Source: Octopus vulgaris (Eukaryota). From it: DNA of 64,000 nt. The DNA is taken from the NCBI GenBank assembly GCA_951406725.2, contig OX597821.1:28210001-28274000 (forward strand). Direction: 5' to 3'. Of the stretch, positions 1 to 15,299 are shown piece by piece. The notes under the pieces were generated by a model. It did no database searches and had not been told where the DNA came from. It saw nothing but the letters and a program-made list of their open reading frames with translations. Numbering within the stretch: the stretch's first letter is position 1; every line of letters begins with the position of its first letter. The translations under genes were made by a program, and so were the position numbers.

Positions 1-76
1 TGCCATGCAGTGGGACTGAACCCGGAACCATGTGGTTCGTAAGCAAGCTACTTACCACACAGCCACCCCTACACCT
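1..76 (-). mobile_element. tRNA-derived SINE family A, 5' head (truncated by window edge)
   Basis: Reverse complement of the head seen at 14567 and 42778 (GGCTGTGTGGTAAGTAGCTTGCTTAC...GGTTCCGGGTTCAGTCCCACTGC), with A-box and B-box-like motifs. Confidence 0.85.
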
Positions 77-2340
77 ATATGGTTATATTGATATAAATCT
101 TTTGTCACTGTAATCCAGTATGCCGTTATGTTTAATCTTAGCATGCTAATACAGTTCCGATGCATGTTTGCTATCACTATAATCCTTCTAATACGCATCC
201 ATTCTCTCAGCTGTTGTTCGTATAGCTTCCACTATCTATGTTTTTGGTCGGTTTCTTACATTCCCCGCTCCATACATTGTAGATGATAAGCTACTTTTCT
301 TGTTTCATTGTTGATCAAGGTATTCGTGTTACACACAGTAGCAGTAAAAGCTCCATTCCGTCATGAAGGAACTTGGGATTGCACGTAGAAAGTTCCCCGC
401 CTTGTCTAAACTCTTACCTAACATTTGCAACCCGTTGCTTAGTTTTTACGATATCTATGGCAAGTCGTATTAGAACCATTTCCTACAAAGCCTTCTTTTT
501 CTTCAACACTGTGTAAATTCTGATTCTATCATTTTGGTCCTCTTCTGAAAATTGTTTGCGGTGCATGAAGTTCTGTATATTTCGTGATTGCAGAGAGTCT
601 GCGATTGGGATTTACTATTAATTATTCTAAATTTGGTATTATTATATTTGTCTTAACGTAATATATGTTACTCCGGAATTCCAATGGACTAAATACTTAG
701 TGGTCATATGTTTCGCAGAAGATGAACGGGAAAACTGTATTCTGTTAGGTATGTCTCTAGGTAGAGTTCAGAATCAAGGACGCGGAATGAATCCATAAAG
801 TGGATTGCTGTCCATCTTACTGTTTTAAAGTTCTTAAGTAAAACTTTGTGGAATTGTCTTAGAAAGGAATCACAACCGTGTTTCGTGGTCTGCTACCACA
901 ACAGCTCCTTTATAGGATCCAGTAAGCTCAAGACATCATCATGAGGAACCACGTCCGGTTTCGGGCCCTACTCCTCTACCGTTTTGACGTGACACCCCCC
1001 CCCCATTTTTGGAGGTGTCTTCAGCTCTGGTGTTGGGTGCATGTCTTCTTTCTTCTGTTCCATGGCCTCTTCGATGTAGCGTCAGCGAGTGTCAGCGGAC
1101 GACTGACTGATTGTCAAATTTTTCCCTTTAAATACCTCCCGCAAGGCTCCAGCAGACAGCCCCAGCAAGTTGTCACGTGACACCGTCTCACCTTAACTGA
1201 CTAGTGAAGGCGCGTAGTTTTAGCCCGCGCATTCTTTAAACGACCGTCACCTGTCAGTCAGCGAAGTGTTATATAATATATATCTACTCTGTAATATGAC
1301 CGAACAATTGCGGCCGTTTGAAGCTTAATTAATACATACAAAACAGGAAAAATTTCCTTAATTTTATTCGTAATTATGACTGTATTAAATAAGTGTATAA
1401 ATAATTGATATCAAAATGCTCATGATATGTATACACCTATTCTTTTAGGGTGACAAACATTGGCTTACATTTTCCAACACTCTAAAAGACACTGCAGATT
1501 TTTGAGCTCATGTGCTGTTATTTCAACAAACTGCTAACAACTTTATTCAAAAATTAATCTGGAATTGAACTCATTTCTCTCTCCACCCACCAGTGATAAC
1601 AGCTAAAGTTTTGTTATCAAAAAGACACCGTTGAAATGGGTGTCCGTTGATAGAAACAGAGGGACTAAATTCATACCATTATAGTATCAGTATGTTTGCT
1701 TATACACACCACACCCTCTTTTTGGCAAAGCAGTAATAATTATTCATATAATAGAGAATAACATTTCAGGAAATAAAAACAGGTAACAAATATATCTTTC
1801 ATTTTTTTTTAACAGTATTTCCAAATTCATTGGTAAAGTAATATATGTATATACGTATATACAGAAATGAAGCGGACATTAATATTATGTGTCAAGTAAA
1901 TTGAACAACATCGCATCAGAGAATATTGACGTTAAAATTGAGGAGTAGAAAGACGTGCATATATAATGGAAGATGCATCAGTTATATGTTACAAGAGGAA
2001 TATAAAATCAGCCAAACTTATCACCACCTACAAATTTTTCTCTTTGTAATGATTGCAAACGATAGTAGTACATTAGAGAGCGGGTCAGAATAAAATAATA
2101 GACACATATTGCAATTAATGTTTTTGTTATGCTGAATAATATTTAGTGATCGTCAGGAAGTACTCAGGTATAACTAGTTATTAAAGTGGTGATGATTTTA
2201 AAAGTTTCCATTACATGGCCAATCACACAAAAAAACGTTTTAGTACCGATTGATGCAGACTACCGTTACTATGGTCAAATCATGTTTTAATCTTTTTCCT
2301 TATAATAATATCAAAATGAATTAAACGATTACGAGATGAA

Positions 2341-2480
2341 ATGACTGATGTATACACACACACACATACGTAAGTATGTATGTATGTATTTTTGTATATA
2401 TGTATGTACGCATGACTGATGTATACATACACACACATACATACGTAAGCATGTATGTATTTTTGTATATATGTATGTAC
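2341..2480. repeat. Two-copy ~70 bp tandem duplication within a TA/TG low-complexity tract
   Basis: ATGACTGATGTATAC...CATACGTAAG...TATTTTTGTATATATGTATGTACG occurs at 2341 and 2412. Confidence 0.75.
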
Positions 2481-2867
2481 GCGTGTACGTGCGTATACAT
2501 GTACATATATGTGTGAGTGTATGTGTGTGTGTTTGTGTGTGTGATCATAGGTGTGAATGTCTGCAGGTATGTACAGTTCTATATAAGAGTATATTGGCCG
2601 AGTAAAATCTCAATAGTGAAATTTATGTATACCAAAGTACGTTTTTATTTTGCTTTGTATCTGTGTTATCACGTAGAATAACTCTTGTATGCAGAGGTAT
2701 TAATATCCACGCTTTGCAATACTAATGCTAAATACACATAATAACCCTTTACACCAATCCTTTAATCATGATATCTATAGCCATTAGGTACACTCTCAGT
2801 TACCAAATGAATAAGAGTTTTCATACAAAACCACTTACAATGTATTCTAATTCTAACGTCATTTGAA

Positions 2868-2912
<45 letters not shown>

Positions 2913-3363
2913 GGTTATATATAGAAATATATATACACGGTTATATATATATATGTATATATATATACATACATATATTAATATATAAATATATATACAC
3001 TTATATATATAGACAGAGAAATATGGTTATATACAAGTACACCAAACACACACAAATACAAACGTATATATAAATGCGTGTCGTTTTATGTGGATGCATA
3101 TGTGCGATTGTTGTTTAATATATATATATATATACATATATATTGATACGTTTAGATATAGATATATATATAAACTTATATATATACATATATATATATA
3201 TATTGAGATGTAAATATATATACAGATATGGATATATGCAAGTACACACAAATAGACATGTATATAAATATATATATATATATATGTGTGTACGTGTGTG
3301 TGTGTGTGTGTGTGTGTTTCTTTATGTGGAATGTATAAGTTTAGGTACCATTGTTGTTTAATA

Positions 3364-3450
<87 letters not shown>

Positions 3451-4276
3451 GTATTATATATCACAAGCAATAATAGCATATTATCGGAACATTTTTCATG
3501 TGTCATAAACAGAATTTATAAGTTGGCATCAGCTAGAGACATATAGAAAATTTAGAAAGAGGTGAAGAGAAAAGAGAAATTAATTTCAATTTGTGGTTTT
3601 ACATTTTCTGTTGTATTATTATTTCTCTTTGTATAAACTTATACAAAGATTATTCCATTTCTCTAAACCATTCATATAAAAACTGTGCGTCCTTGTAATC
3701 TCTCTGTCCTGTTAACTTGCAGATCAAAGAAATTACTACAGCGATTTATTGAGCAGCTAATGTATTTCCCGCCTTCAGCTTTCGTGAAATCACCTACCTT
3801 CTAATATACAGATATATTGAATATTTCGATCTCTATTGATTCTATATCGTGCTATATTTCATTTTATTTTATTCAAATGAATATGAATGCTTTCGATATG
3901 TGTGTCTCGATATGGTTAATGCTTCTTTTCAAACGACAAGCAAACATTATTTTTTCTTTTAGATGTTTTTGTTTTAACCAAAAAGAACTCTCAATGATGC
4001 TAGTGCTGGCATAGTTTCTAATTGCAGAATTATAAGTGCAGAGAGGACTGGTGTTTCTATTCTGTTCAGTAGTATTGTCTCTCCCATTCTACAATTCTAT
4101 AGCAGCAGCTACTCTGGTGGGCGTTGTTAGTAGAGAAGTAATTAACGCTACATGCAGTCTTTCGCTATTAATTGAAAGCGCACATAATCAGTTTAAAAAT
4201 AAAATAAGTATATACGTAAGAATGTGCACGTATGTGTATAAGCATGCGTGTGTGCGTGTCTGGGTGTGAGTATGTA

Positions 4277-4314
<38 letters not shown>

Positions 4315-4521
4315 AGCTTTGCGTGTGTATTTGTATATAAAATATATGATTAAAGTCACACGTCACATGCGTGCTCGCACATGTATAAGTACTTACGTAT
4401 ATGCACATATGTTTATAGATTTATATGCATTATACAAGCCATTGCTTACACATACTCACACATATATGTATATATACACATATATGTGTCTTTATAAATA
4501 TCTGCATAAGTATTTATGGTG

Positions 4522-4552
<31 letters not shown>

Positions 4553-4682
4553 ATATATGAATATGTGTATATATAAACACACACACAACGTACACACACA
4601 TGTAGTTACGAATGCGTATTTACATTTTATATTTGTATATAGAAACTTAAAATCGCATGTAAATGATTACCAATTCACACAC

Positions 4683-4730
<48 letters not shown>

Positions 4731-4834
4731 GTGATATGTGTATCTGTCTGCGTATGTACTTATATGTACGTATATCCATATGAAATATGCGCAAACTTGT
4801 GTAAATATATATGTAAGTTACTAGCTCTGCCTGT

Positions 4835-4883
<49 letters not shown>

Positions 4884-5799
4884 CAGACTTACACAGGAAG
4901 GCATGTAAACACACTTGAGGAGTTTATTGCTAGTAATTTTGTAAAATAGTGAAGCACCGCTTATATTTACATTTAGACCGTCAGGAGAAACAATTATTTT
5001 AACAGTGACTGTTTCAACTGGAATCAACTCGATTAATACCGGAATTTGATTGAAATTATACTAATGAAATTAATATTCCTCACTAACACCCCCTCCCCCT
5101 TCTATTTCTCCCACTGCCTCTCCTTTCCCTCCTCTCTATCACTTAAGTATATTTTCGAGTGTATGTGTATGTATATATGTATCGACGTATGCATAAGTAT
5201 TTCTATTTGTTGCACTTCTCTCTAGTTCACAGCTTCATTCTCTTTGCTCTGAGTTGGCAATGGCATTGAACAGTTTATAATATCAAGTCAACGGATTGAA
5301 ACTAGTGTTCAGAAAAGTGGTCAAATCTAGCTCTGTGGTGTAAATTTTGGTATTTGCAATTTTCAGGTTTTGGAATTAGCTCCTTCTGTATGACGCCATT
5401 TACAATTATTGTATTATGTTGTAGTTTTCCTGACGAGCGCAATAATCAGTTTTATTGTAACCATAGAAACGAAACTCTATGTTAAGCAACGTACCTACAA
5501 ACCTTTAACAACTGTAGCAGTTTTTAAATTATGTTTGTCCATCTAAAGAAAACTTATAATTATTCAATGAAATATTTCAGTGGAATGAATCACTTTTCGA
5601 TAATAATTAAATATTACTTCGTTTGAGCTACACAGTGGTAATTGTGCGTAAATCCAAATCATTCTCACACGCACGTCTATACGATATACGTACAGAAAAC
5701 TATTGATAACGATATGTGTGTGTTCTTCTTCATATCTTTATAAAATTGTTTAGCGTTTTCAAATCTATTTACGACAAAAGATAACTTAGTTCTTCACTA

Positions 5800-5835
<36 letters not shown>

Positions 5836-5836
5836 C

Positions 5837-5878
<42 letters not shown>

Positions 5879-5935
5879 CTCTCTCTATCTATATATCTAT
5901 CTATCAGTCTGTCTGTCTCCCCTTCTCTTTGTCTC

Positions 5936-5970
<35 letters not shown>

Positions 5971-5995
5971 TTTTACACACACACACACACACACG

Positions 5996-6033
<38 letters not shown>

Positions 6034-6459
6034 ACTAGTTTGAAATAGGAGCCTCTACGTCACACAGCAGAAACATTGTAGAAAGCCTAATAAGCTGTGC
6101 TATTTGTCCTGGATATCATGTTTTCAAAAATATAGACCAAAGAGGCAGATATGTTTACTTGGCAATTCCACCACTGCTGGTGAACTCTGTTCGCTTGCAA
6201 CAACAATCGATAGACAAGTTTTTTTTCAACATGGGTTTTCTTAATAAGCTAAACGGTTGCCCAGTATTTGTCGATCAGTCGGCACACTGAATTTCCGAGG
6301 GATAGTATACTTAGCATTGTGGACAACTTGTGGTAGTTTTGGTTCCCCCTAATTATCTTTTTGACAGAAGTGGTATGTACGGTGTATTGCCCAGGGTGTT
6401 TTCTCAGCGGTGCTGCCATATTTTTGCAAGTACTCTATTGATCTCTGTCGACCGTCTCT

Positions 6460-6760
6460 AGAGATTATTCTGGCGATTGTTTCTAGCTGATCTCTGTTCA
6501 CGCGGCTCATTTCGCTGGTTCTTTTCACATTTCAGAACATTAGTGTGGGAATTCCTAGTTGGAAGGCACTGACACTGAGCAGCAAAATCATACTCCTCAG
6601 TCTCTAGTTTGAGATTAGAGCATATGAGCCACTGATGTGTAAGGGCTTGTTCTATATCAGGGTCACTATCACTACTTGGGTGATTGACATGCTCCCATTT
6701 CTCCTTAGGCTATTGGAGGCTAATTTGTTTGGCTATAATTTCTTACGTGTTTTGCTTTGT
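6460..6760 (-). pseudogene. Decayed R4/Dong-like non-LTR retrotransposon fragment
   Basis: Minus strand reads DPDIEQALTHQWLICSNLKLETEEYDFAAQCQCLPTRN...QLETIARIISR. This aligns by eye to DVDQKQSHQWLRSSGLKADSEGFILAAQDQSLLTRN...ETVDHLISG at 49069-49629. Confidence 0.7.
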
Positions 6761-7319
6761 CAAAAGGGAATGCATTTTATTCGGTTGCTGGTTCGTCTAA
6801 CTGCATTTGCAGAAGTTTTATTTTTTTTTCAGTTTTTAGTGACTGAGGGCAAAATTTTGGTATCTTCATGCTTCGGAACCAGCGTATGTATCCAGTCGGT
6901 TGCTAGTTGCATGTAAGCAATTCATGCTGAAAGCAATAGAAATGTTTTCGGCGAATCATCTATTCCTAGGTTAAGATCAGGTTTTGCAAACCTTCTTTAG
7001 ATCTTTTTCATCGCTTAAATATGAGATTTTAAAATTTCTCTGTTACAGGTCTTGAGAAGTTCATACGTTACAAATGTTGTACATTTTTTTCATACGTCAG
7101 ATAATAAAACGCTCGTGTACACACATGCATAAACATACACTTATACACACACTTACACACACTTACACACACACACACATATATATATATATTTATGTAT
7201 ATACATACATATACATATATATATATGTATATATACAAACACACGCATATATATGTATATGTATGTTGTGGGTATGTACATAGACAGATACACAGGTAAT
7301 CAGACAGCCAGATTGGAAG

Positions 7320-7362
<43 letters not shown>

Positions 7363-7375
7363 TAGATAGATAGAG

Positions 7376-7410
<35 letters not shown>

Positions 7411-8128
7411 CAGACAGACACACATATACACTTTCTAATTACTGAATTCAGATAAATGTTTCCAATCATCATATACATGGAATGTCTTTGTACACTACAC
7501 TCTAATATTTACTTCGTATATAATATATTATCAAATCGGACGCTGAGCCATTAATGCATACACACGTTATCCATATTTCTCGAGAATTGTATTAGGATAA
7601 TGATACTACTTGACATTAGCCAGGATATTTGATAAATGATGATATTAAAAGCTCTCTTTTTGAACATATGAATAGTTTTATACGAAATCAATCAAATTTT
7701 ACAAATATTTCCATCAACAACCTACTCAAGTACTCTTCTTCTATCGTGTCTAGAACTGGTTTCATTCGATACAACATATCAGCCATGAAATCACATACTT
7801 GCCGTCCGTTTCTCTATTTCTTGTTTATGAATAACATTTCTCCTCTCGCAAACAAAATCTTATAAATGTCATCTTTCATTAATTTTAAGCACTAAATCTT
7901 TCTTATGCTGGACTACTGGAAACTCCGCTTCAATTATTTAGCAACGTAAGATTTGGCAGTAAAAGCGAGGCAGAACAGAAGCCAAACGCTGCGAGAAATA
8001 AATAGCATTGCTTGTTTGCTGGATTTTACTGTAAATATATTTTCAAGTGTATAAGATTACTCTCAACACTCTTACATAAATATGATATTCAGAATGCCAT
8101 ACATGTCAATATATATATGTATATATAT

Positions 8129-8188
<60 letters not shown>

Positions 8189-8278
8189 TTTCTTTCAAGT
8201 TAGCATTCTGCCTTTTTACAATTTTTCCTTGCTTATCATTTCTCCACGTGCGGTCAACACAACCCCACCATTTATTGA

Positions 8279-8329
<51 letters not shown>

Positions 8330-8474
8330 CCACCATCAGCTACAGCATTACGCTATACACACAGCGCCATACAATGCCTACTTTCACTGCTACCATTAAA
8401 CAACATATCACATAAAACTAAGCACTTAGAACAATACAAACATCAAACTACACTTGCCCCGACATTCCTGCTAA

Positions 8475-10500
8475 ATGCACGTGACATCAACCCACAACTC
8501 ATTGCCCGAAAATAGGGAGCGTTGCTTTGCCGAAACGGCATACTGCATCCCTTTCTATATTGTTACGGAAATTCACATAAACAGCACTCATATGGATGCC
8601 GTGGTGAAAATAAAAGATTTCACCATCATGATTTCTTTGCAGTTGATGCAAAGGACATATTTTCCAGTGGAAGGGCTACTGTAGATCTATATCATTATTC
8701 AACAAGGCCAACGATATAACCATTGTTGGTCTCTACAGGTCATCTAAGCACCTCTAAAGTGCTTTGAATAAGGCTTCAGCAAAATCAAGTCCTTCCTACA
8801 AAAATATAACTCCAGAATCATACTAGTGATGGGTGATTTTAACCTCCTTATGTTAACTGGCCCGCAAATACTCTGAAGTTAAGCAACGACACTATACCAG
8901 ACAAAGCAGCAGCAGCAGAATTAATGTAATTTAATCGAATGGATGGATTTTTCTTGGCACAGCTAGTGCTCGAATCAACAAGACAGAATAAAACTATCTT
9001 GGATCGGATATTAACAAACTACTCTTGCTCTATTCACAGCATTTCAGTTGAAAAGGCTCTCCTTCCGGATCTCTACAACTTAGATTTACGGCATTTCTAA
9101 ACCAAACTAGTCAATTCCACTTCACTGCACTTATTTGACAACATAAACTCCCAGAAAGCTGACTGGGAGCAATCAGATATCTGTCCTTCATCAACTGGTC
9201 GTTGATTCTCAGTTCCACCGATATTGAAACCACATGGCAGTACTTTGAGGACAATGTCACCTATATATGCTCAAAAACGCTCCTACGAATTTCAGTAGCA
9301 AACAAAAACAAGCTTCCTCCAGAGAAAAAGAACACTCACAGGGGAGCTTAAATTGACTTAATTTTAAAAATCAACCAGTTATAATTCTCCCATATACAGC
9401 ATCCACATTCAACAACAATCAAAAGGCTGGAGTTGGAAAAAATTAATCTACAGTCTAACATGTAAATCTGTATTGAAAATCAAAGAGCTGCAGAGGAATA
9501 GTGGGTAATCAAAATTTCAAACTGAAACAAAATATATTCTATTTATATGCAAATAAGCATTGGACCGCTGTCTCATCCATTATTCCACTGATCGATGATA
9601 ACGGCATTTTCCAGCATGATGCTGAAGGCATAGAAGAAGTGCAGCAGAAACAATACTGCTCTGTCTTTAGTGATCCTACTCATATTGACGTAAGAGATAT
9701 GAACGAAGTCGATTCCCAATATATCACCTCGGTCATAACCTCTACTGTTTCAGACATCATAGCAGCATTAAATGAGATCAAATACTATTCTGCTGTAGGT
9801 CCTGAAAGATTGCCTGCTAGTCTACTGAAGGACTGTAGACACTAACTTGCAGTTCCTCTAACCATCTTCTGAAGAAATTCTTTAAACTGAGGTTATATAC
9901 CGAAAAAGCTCTTATCCCAGTCTGTAATTCCGGTTTTCAAACACGGAAACAGATCGCTCGCAGTCAATCATGGCCCAATCTCACTCAACTCCCATATCAT
10001 CAAAGTGTTAGAAAGGGTGGTGAGATCAAGGATAGCTGGCTTCCTGGAGAACCACAATCTCCTAAATTCAAACCAGCAGCAGGGACTGTCTAACACAGTT
10101 CTTACACCACATCGATTGTCCTTAAAGCCTTAGGATCAGGTTCAAAAATCTGATATCATATATCATGACCCCAGTAAAGCTTCCTAAAGAGCTGACCACA
10201 ATATATTACTGTCAAAATTGTCAACTGTTGGAATCAGCGTAAAACTATTACACTGGATTGAGTATTTCCTGGAGAACAGAACACATGTTGTGATCGATGG
10301 AATCCACTGAAGCTCAGCAAAATTCATCAGTGGTGAGCCTCAGGGAACTGTCTTGGGTCCGCTTCTCCTTATATTCTATATAAACGACATTGCATGCGCG
10401 TCATAAAACACAAAGTGAAAATATTCGCTGATGACTCCAAACAATTATCAATGGAAAAGAAGCCCGAACTGAACTCCAGTATGATCGACATGCTGTGACA
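8475..10500 (+). mobile_element. Decayed CR1/L2-like LINE (APE endonuclease plus RT), many stops and frameshifts
   Basis: APE motifs LVMGDFN (~8823) and TRQNKTILDRILTN. RT motifs SAVGPERLP, VIPVFKHGNRSLAVNHGPISLNSHIIKVLERVV, SGEPQGTVLGPLL and KIFADDSK (~10418-10441). Confidence 0.85.
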
Positions 10501-10721
10501 ATAAAACACGGACAGACAAAAACAGCAACTAGGCTTACGGGGATCAATTTCCCCGACTAAGGGCGCGGAGACAAACACACACACGAACATACATACATAT
10601 ATAGGGGGAAAGTAAGAAAAGAAAAATCAACGAAAATGCGCATTGTAAATAGAAAAAGTAAAGGCATTTTATGAAAAGTAACGAAAGATATATACAAAAC
10701 TTCGTGCAGCACGAAGTTTTG

Positions 10722-11007
10722 CCAGTGAACAGGTTGCGGTCTCAAAGCGACGAAAATATTTTGACAAATAATTAAATTTAAATGTTGAAGTGAATCTAAC
10801 GGTTTTGTGTTTTTCGTAAATGGTTTATAAACACCTTCCACGCTGCAATTATATATGCATGTATATAGCACGGATTTTTGTCAGTGAACAGGTCGCGGAC
10901 TTAAAGCGACGAAAATATTTTGACAACTTAAACTTAAATGTTGAAGTGAATCGAACGGCTTCCGTGTGTTTCTTAAATGGCTTACAAACACCTTCCACGC
11001 TGTAATT
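10722..11007. repeat. Two ~125 bp direct repeats inside an unclassified interspersed repeat
   Basis: CAGTGAACAGGT...AAAGCGACGAAAATATTTTGACAA...AAATGTTGAAGTGAATC...AAACACCTTCCACGCTG at ~10722-10850 and ~10882-11007. Confidence 0.8.
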
Positions 11008-11358
11008 GTTTTCGTTCCAGCACACGATCTCAGATCAAATCATTTGCTATGCAAGTACATCTCCGTAATATTTAAATGTTATTTAGCTTGAATTACACTA
11101 GCCCAGTCACTACTAACCACCATTGCTACAGACGTCAACAACAACAAAAAAAAAAAAAAAACAGACAAAGAAAGCGGGTGAATGAAAGAAAGAGACTAGC
11201 ATAAAGGAACGTGTAATACTGGGCTCCACATCTGTGCATTGCAATATTTGTAGGGAATGACCTTGAAGTAGAAAGTAAATATCCTTTCTGAGTTGCAGTT
11301 TGTATGTGGAAATCAAAGGGTATTGTATTATTAATGGTGTTCTGCTGCAAAAAAAGAC

Positions 11359-11450
<92 letters not shown>

Positions 11451-12601
11451 GTGCACACACACACATATATATATATGACAGTAATGGACTATGGTAGATT
11501 ATACTCGTTGCTAATATATCGTTAAGAGAAATGAATAACGTACAACACGAATCAGGGGTTAAATTGTCTTATAGAGAAATACTAGATTTTCGTGGAAATG
11601 GGTGGTTAAGTGACATTATTAGGATGCTAAAATCTAAATATCGCCGAATTGGTTGTAAAATGTGGTGCAGTTCTAGAAATAAGTTTATTTTTGTAAATTG
11701 CAATTTCAAACTCCTTCATACTATTAGAGTATATTTATTATAGGACATTTCAGCTAGTAATTTAAGTTATTTGATTCACATCTGTCTAATGCAGTCTTAA
11801 AGAAATATATGTCAGGAGATTACAAAGTACTAGTACCTTAAACTTATGATAAATTGCATTTTGTGCTACCTTAGAATTTATTGGCGTATATCTGAATATA
11901 ATTTAATTTATAATGTGATCAAAGCAATACGAGTAACTGTGAAGAATACAATCATCCCAACATGAAGACCAACGTACAAAGAAATTTGAAATAAGATTAC
12001 GATTCCGTTATAGCTTTTAATTTGCAAGGTTGTGTGTGCATTAGAAAGGAATCTACGTCAATCCAGTTTGACCATGCATTTTCACACACAAGCAGAGGAA
12101 TGAGCAGGGGATTTGGGGACAAAGTCGCAGTTCCACATGCTTTCAACTTTCTTCTGTCCACGGTCTAGGACCTGTGTGCATGTGTGTATGTGTGTGTGAG
12201 TGTGTGTGCGTGTGTGTGTGTGAGTGTATGCGGTAACACTCCGCAAACTCCCACATTTTATTTTGGTTTGCGGGAGCAACTGTTTTCTCAAAGGCACATA
12301 TTGTCGTGAATTGCTCGATATGTGGAGTAGATGGAACAGCCGACAAATGATGAAGGGTCGTTCTTTATGTTACTTGTCTTGTTTTCCATTTTTTCTCTCG
12401 TTGTTCGAAAAACATGTATATTCGTATTTCATGTTTTTTACGTTTTCTGACGTCCTTTATACATATATGCACATATATATATATATATATCAGTATGTAT
12501 ATATATATATATGTATGCATGTATGCCGATATATTTTTTTACTTATAATATTATATCATTGAATGCAACGCATCCATTTCCAAGTAAGTTTATATACATA
12601 T

Positions 12602-12691
<90 letters not shown>

Positions 12692-14566
12692 TGTGTATGT
12701 GCGTGCGCACATGTTCAGGGCCGTCCCTATCCGTCTGTGTGAAGATGTCGGGACAAGTGAAAGCTGGGTGGCGCAAGTGCGAACATGGGATGGCGTACGT
12801 CCGTGTGTACGCGAGTGAATGCATGTTTGTACCTACTGAGAGGATGACCGATGTCTACGGGTGTATATGTATGTGTATGTATGTGTGTGTGTGTATATGA
12901 GTGTGTGTGTGTGTGTGAGAGAGAGAGAGAATTAGTGCGTATGTGTGTCTACGCGTCTGTCATCGTAGGCAATCCCAAAATATAAAGCTCGGAATCACAC
13001 CCCCACCAACATTCTTAATCATGCCGTTGTACTTGACTGTCGTAGCCAGTAAGTCATTCAATTTAATGTCATAAACATCCCCTCCAAACACACACCCTCC
13101 ATTTATATTAGATTTCTAATTCTAAACAAAATTTTAGCAAAAACTTCTTCACCACACCTATATATACCCCATCCCTACATTAGATTCTTTGAAGTTATTT
13201 ATTTTATTTGCTTCCTAACCATATGTTCCTCAATTAACCAAACTGCTAGCATCTCACCAATAGCTTATTCCTTGGATCCAAAACGGTAACGTTTGAAGCA
13301 TATACATCACCTGATGAGGCACGTAGCGGGAAATGTACAAAAAAGTTCTAAATTTAATCACTTGTTCATTCTCTACAAACATTTGAAAGAAAATATTCAG
13401 AGCAATGATTGTTTGGTACAGTCGTTAAACATGTTTAGTTAACCGTGTCAGCCTTAACTTACGATGCCTAACACACGGACGTGGCTGGGAACTTACAACC
13501 TGTCATTTGACTATCGTCTACCAATCCAGCCCCATTCTGAACATAATAATTTGAGCATTGAACTCCCTATCAAAATAGGGCAAGCTTCAAACACTCATCA
13601 GAAGCAAGACAGCTGCCACATAAACCATGTCGTTCTATGTGAACTTGTTTCCAAAATCAGTGTAAACTGTGAAACCTGTTAAATCTTCAAATATTATACT
13701 AATAATAAAATATTTTACCTAACCTCAGTGCATTGTCAACCGCTATTTCTTCTATATTTCTATCTACCCATGTGGAATAAATTAAGTTTGTGTGTGTGTG
13801 AGTGTGTGAGTGTGTGAGTGTGTGTATGTGTGAGTGTGTGCGTGTGTGTGAGTGTGTATGTGTGTGTGTGTGCGTGTGATATACTTTTTCTTTTAGTATG
13901 TGCATTTCTGTGATATTAGATTGTTATTAATGACAGTGAATCATTATTCGAGGGTTATCGATTTCATTCCTTTTCTGTATCCACATATATATTAGGAACA
14001 ATTTCTCCTTGCTAATGACGGTTCCCTTTTCTTGGATGAGCCGCTCATTTATAGAGAATCTGTTTTGTACCATTTTTCCACGCAGTTTCAGGATTGAGAT
14101 AATCGTTGAAGCCGGTTTCATATTCTTCTTTCTTGATAGGATTACGATATAGTCAGATTCATATATTCAGCACACAGTATGTAACTATTGAACGTAATAC
14201 ACAATACTTTTGAGAAACAAATAATGACAAGATTAATCTAGTTTGTATATATTTAATGACCTACCACCTAATTTTGTCTGTAAATAACAATCTCCAGTGA
14301 ATAGAATTCAAGGAAGGAAACATTCATGCAAACAGACAAAATACATCGACCACTGAAATAAAATAAGATAATCCCGTTACTATTTGTTATAGCTTTGCAG
14401 ATTAGCTGTTTATGGAAGAAATGAACTTTCAACAGCAGCCTGTTTTGTTCTCTACCTGAAATGAACCCGGATGTTTCGCTCCCGCTCCCTCCATTCATAT
14501 ATATATATATAATATACATAGTGGCGTTTTCTAACATCTTTCTGATAAATATATATTATACATATA

Positions 14567-14875
14567 TAGGCGTAGGAGAAGCTGTGTGGTAAGTAGCTTG
14601 CTTACCAGCCACATGGTTCAGGGTTCAGTCCCACTGTGTGGCACCTTGGGTAATTGTCTTCTACTATAGCCTCGGGCCGACCAAAGCCTTGTGAGTGGAT
14701 TTGGTAGACGGAAACTGAAAGAAGCCCGCCGTATATATGTATGTATATGCATGTGTGTGTGTGTTTGTGTGTCTGTGTTTGTCCCCCAACATCGCTTGAC
14801 AACCGATGCTGGTGTGTTTACGTCCCCGTCACTTAGCGGTTCGGCAAAAGAGACCGATAGAATAAGTACTAGGCT
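14567..14875 (+). mobile_element. tRNA-derived SINE family A with internal microsatellite, 3'-truncated
   Basis: tRNA-like head, body GCACCTTGGG...AGCCTCGGGCCGACCAAAGCCTTGTGAGTGGATTTGGTAGACGGAAACTGAAAGAAGCCCG, TA/TG tract, then GTCCCCCAACATCGCTTGACAACCGATGCTGG. Six copies are present in the window. Confidence 0.9.
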
Positions 14876-15299
14876 ATATCTCTATATATAAAACTGAAAT
14901 GCCTTTTTACCGCTTGGTTCGCTTTCAATGCCACTACATCCCGTCCGATTCGCTCCAAAATTTACAGGGACATGTAGAATGAGGTGACGATGCGCGTGGG
15001 CTACCTTAGAAATCCCTATCTTAAAAGCTGTGGTTTCTAGGGGCCATCTTCCTACCTCACCCTATTTCCTCCAGTACTCTGTCACTCCTCTTCATTTATA
15101 ACTTTCAGAATGCCACTACGGTTATTTAAAGTATCTGTCACTATCGCTATTTCCTTTCTTTTTCACTGACTCTGTTTCCTACCTTCCTATCACTTCGACG
15201 GCGTTCTTTGAAGTATATGTCTGTCACCAACAATCAACACACGAGCATGAGAACAAATATTATGAATCAGATATTCTTGCGTTCATTTATATGTGTGTG

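Noticed and set aside
945-1035. Minus-strand CTGAAGA...GAAACCGG HHR-like motif
   Set aside because: U16.1 is missing, and no stem I or stem II closes the core properly.
3027-5027. Many ORFs rich in YI, HT, VC, poly-I, poly-L or poly-N, here and throughout the window
   Set aside because: They are translations of (TA)n, (CA)n and (AAT)n microsatellites, not genes.
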